64,000 nt of DNA from NCBI GenBank assembly GCA_001179505.1, contig CDMY01000390.1:1-64000 (forward strand). The letters run 5' to 3'. Position numbers and translations under genes: made by a program. The notes beneath the pieces are model-generated. The model did no database searches and had not been told where the DNA came from. It worked only from the letters and a program-made list of their open reading frames with translations. This stretch comes from Vitrella brassicaformis CCMP3155. Lineage: Eukaryota > Protista > Chromerida. This document shows, piece by piece, positions 61,890 through 64,000 of the stretch; position 1 is the first letter of the stretch; each line of letters starts with the position of its first letter.

Positions 61890-62979
61890 CTCCACACTTG
61901 GCGGTTGCATTTACACGAGCGCGCAAATTACCCCCCGTCCTGGCGCGGGAGCCTAGCTAGGCCGGCCTCGCCTCACACTGACGCTATTAGGTATGCAGAT
62001 GTAATGGAAACCATGTCAGAGACCTCTTCGCATTCGAATGCAACAGGTGCGTCCATCACACATCCGTCCGGGAACACGAGAAAAAAGCCCAGACGCATCA
62101 ATCGCAAGGGGTGGCTCTCATAGCACAAGCATGCCGTCTCACATCCATCCATCCATCCATCCATCCATTCACACATGAATCGACATTCGAATGGTGACAG
62201 GCACCAAGCAAAAAGGCTCGTCTGTCACCCTACCTAGTTCCCTCCTCGCTGCCCCACCGTCTCATCATCACTGTTTCTGCCTCTTAGCTGATGGCCCGTC
62301 GGCACCCGAACGTGCCACCTGACAGCAGGCAGAAAGGACAACTGTGCAAACACAAACATGCCCTCGGGGCTCACCCGTTTAGCATTTTGCAGCATGGGGA
62401 CATTGCTGCTCCCCGCCACCGCCATTGGCTGGGGGTGGATGAGGGGCGTGATAGGAAACATACCTCCCACAGCAGGCGGATGCCCACCCAGCACCTGCAC
62501 CAACCAAGCGAAATCAACGAGGCAAGGTGGCCACAGTTCATTGCACCATCCATTGCCCCCCCTTGCTGCCCTCGCAGACCCACCGGGAACAGGTGGGGAA
62601 TGGGCACGATGGCGGGCGCCGGTGGGGACGACACAGCCTGACACGCAGACACGTACACACGTGCATCGCAGATGGATGGCATGGATTGGGGCGAGAGCAT
62701 TGCATTCATCATCCTGTCCTGTCTCCCTTGTTTGTTGTCTGTCTGCTCACGTTGGCGTATGCCTCTGTGTATGCCTTGTGGGCTATGAGCATGCGATGGG
62801 CCGCCTCACGCAAGCGGGAACCTGACACACACAACACATCAACACACAGAAAGAAGACAGGGCAGGAGAGTGACCCACAGAACGCACCCGATGCCGCCGC
62901 GCCGCGCGGGGCACTAATAGAACAAAAGGCTGGCTACTCTTCTGCTGGTTGCACACTAACACATGCGTCTACATGGGTA

Positions 62980-64000
62980 TGCCGTCAACCGACCGTCAGC
63001 AAGTGGAGAGAAGCGGGATTCATCATTTCGCTTCAGGGCCGTGTCGGGCTGTTCATATCACACCAATACCAATACTCATGAGCAGCAATCGATGGATGGA
63101 TGGATGGATGGCACGGCGAGGTAGCCATCAGCAGCAGAACAGTACTAGCGGCAAAGGGCGAGCGATCGCTCCCTCGAACCTCATTCATTGGGCACCGCCT
63201 GTCTGCCTGGCACGTGTGTGTTGTGCAGGGTGTGCGTGTGTGCATACCTTGAAGTAGCCCTGCACGGACCATCTGAGCATGTCAAGACTCGTGAACGGCC
63301 CTTGTTGCTGACACACACAGAGAGACAGACACACAGGGTGGATGAATGGATGGATGGATAGGTCTTCCCTCCCTCCCTCTGTGTGTGTGTTCACCTGTCC
63401 TTGGAGATCCACATACTGCCAATCGTGAGCATAAGCACATGTAGACGAAGACTGAATGACCCAGACAGACAGAAGAGCACATTCACACAGGGTCGGTCCA
63501 TCGACCAATGGTATGGTTGTGCCCTCTCTCCACTCACTCCGCATCTCTCACCAGATATTCCGGAGGCAGCATACTCAACTCCTCAATCAACTTCACACAC
63601 ACACACACACACACGAGACATTGGACCGGCGCCTCACCTCCCGTGCTTCCCCAGCCTTTATCACCTTTGCCGCATCCGGTGCCCCGACAGTAGCCACTCC
63701 CGGCTGCTGATGTTGCTGTTGCGGTGCCGCTAGAGGCATCCCTGCTGCTGCTCCCAATGGCTGTGGCGGCTGGACAATCGCAGGCACAGCGGGGGATGGA
63801 GCCACCGCAACGCTAGGCGGGGATACCGTCGTCGTGAGTGGTGACGAAGACGACACCGGCTGCTCACTGCGGCAATGGCGATCCCCGCCCTCGCTCTCAC
63901 CCTTGCCGAACTCCCCCAGACCGAAGCGCAGGTCCATTGGCCTCACCGGATGCGCACCTGACGACCCATGCCATGGCTGACCCCCTCGCGACTCATGCCA
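62980..64000 (-). CDS. GYF-domain protein, partial (5' end outside window, 3' end unresolved)
   Basis: Small exons splice to DWQYVDLQGQ|QQGPFTSLDMLRWSVQGYFK|PDTALKRNDESRFSPL, matching the GYF consensus. Confidence 0.75.

Noticed and set aside
1-64000. tRNA, rRNA or spliceosomal snRNA genes
   Set aside because: No cloverleaf or recognisable conserved snRNA/rRNA motif was seen by eye; tRNAscan-SE and Infernal would be needed to exclude them formally.

Overview
Eukaryotic, GC-rich, gene-dense window with many short (~50-130 nt) introns full of GT/CA, GACA and CCAT microsatellites. The style, plus a plastid-targeted gene and lineage-specific ankyrin and F-box-like families, suggests a chromerid alga such as Vitrella brassicaformis (inference, not checked). 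Most entries in the ORF track are spurious or single exons, so genes were rebuilt by hand from GT/GC-AG junctions and protein motifs. Recognisable genes: p24/TMED cargo receptor, SLC25 carrier, PAB (chloroplast ATP synthase assembly), RNA polymerase I largest subunit, METTL4-type MT-A70 methyltransferase, FANCJ/RTEL1-like Fe-S helicase, TPM/MOLO-1 membrane protein, secretory PLA2-like protein, LRR protein, ankyrin/PH/FYVE-like protein and a partial GYF protein. The most unusual structures are: (i) a gene built from tandem symmetric phase-2 exons carrying an unknown acidic repeat (7.9-9.9 kb); (ii) four copies of an F-box-like family at different stages of decay; (iii) a perfect 33-bp-stem intergenic hairpin; (iv) a duplicated TPM exon pair sitting splice-compatible behind METTL4. 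I saw no rRNA, tRNA, CRISPR array or autonomous transposon. Exon boundaries are manual and need RNA-seq confirmation.
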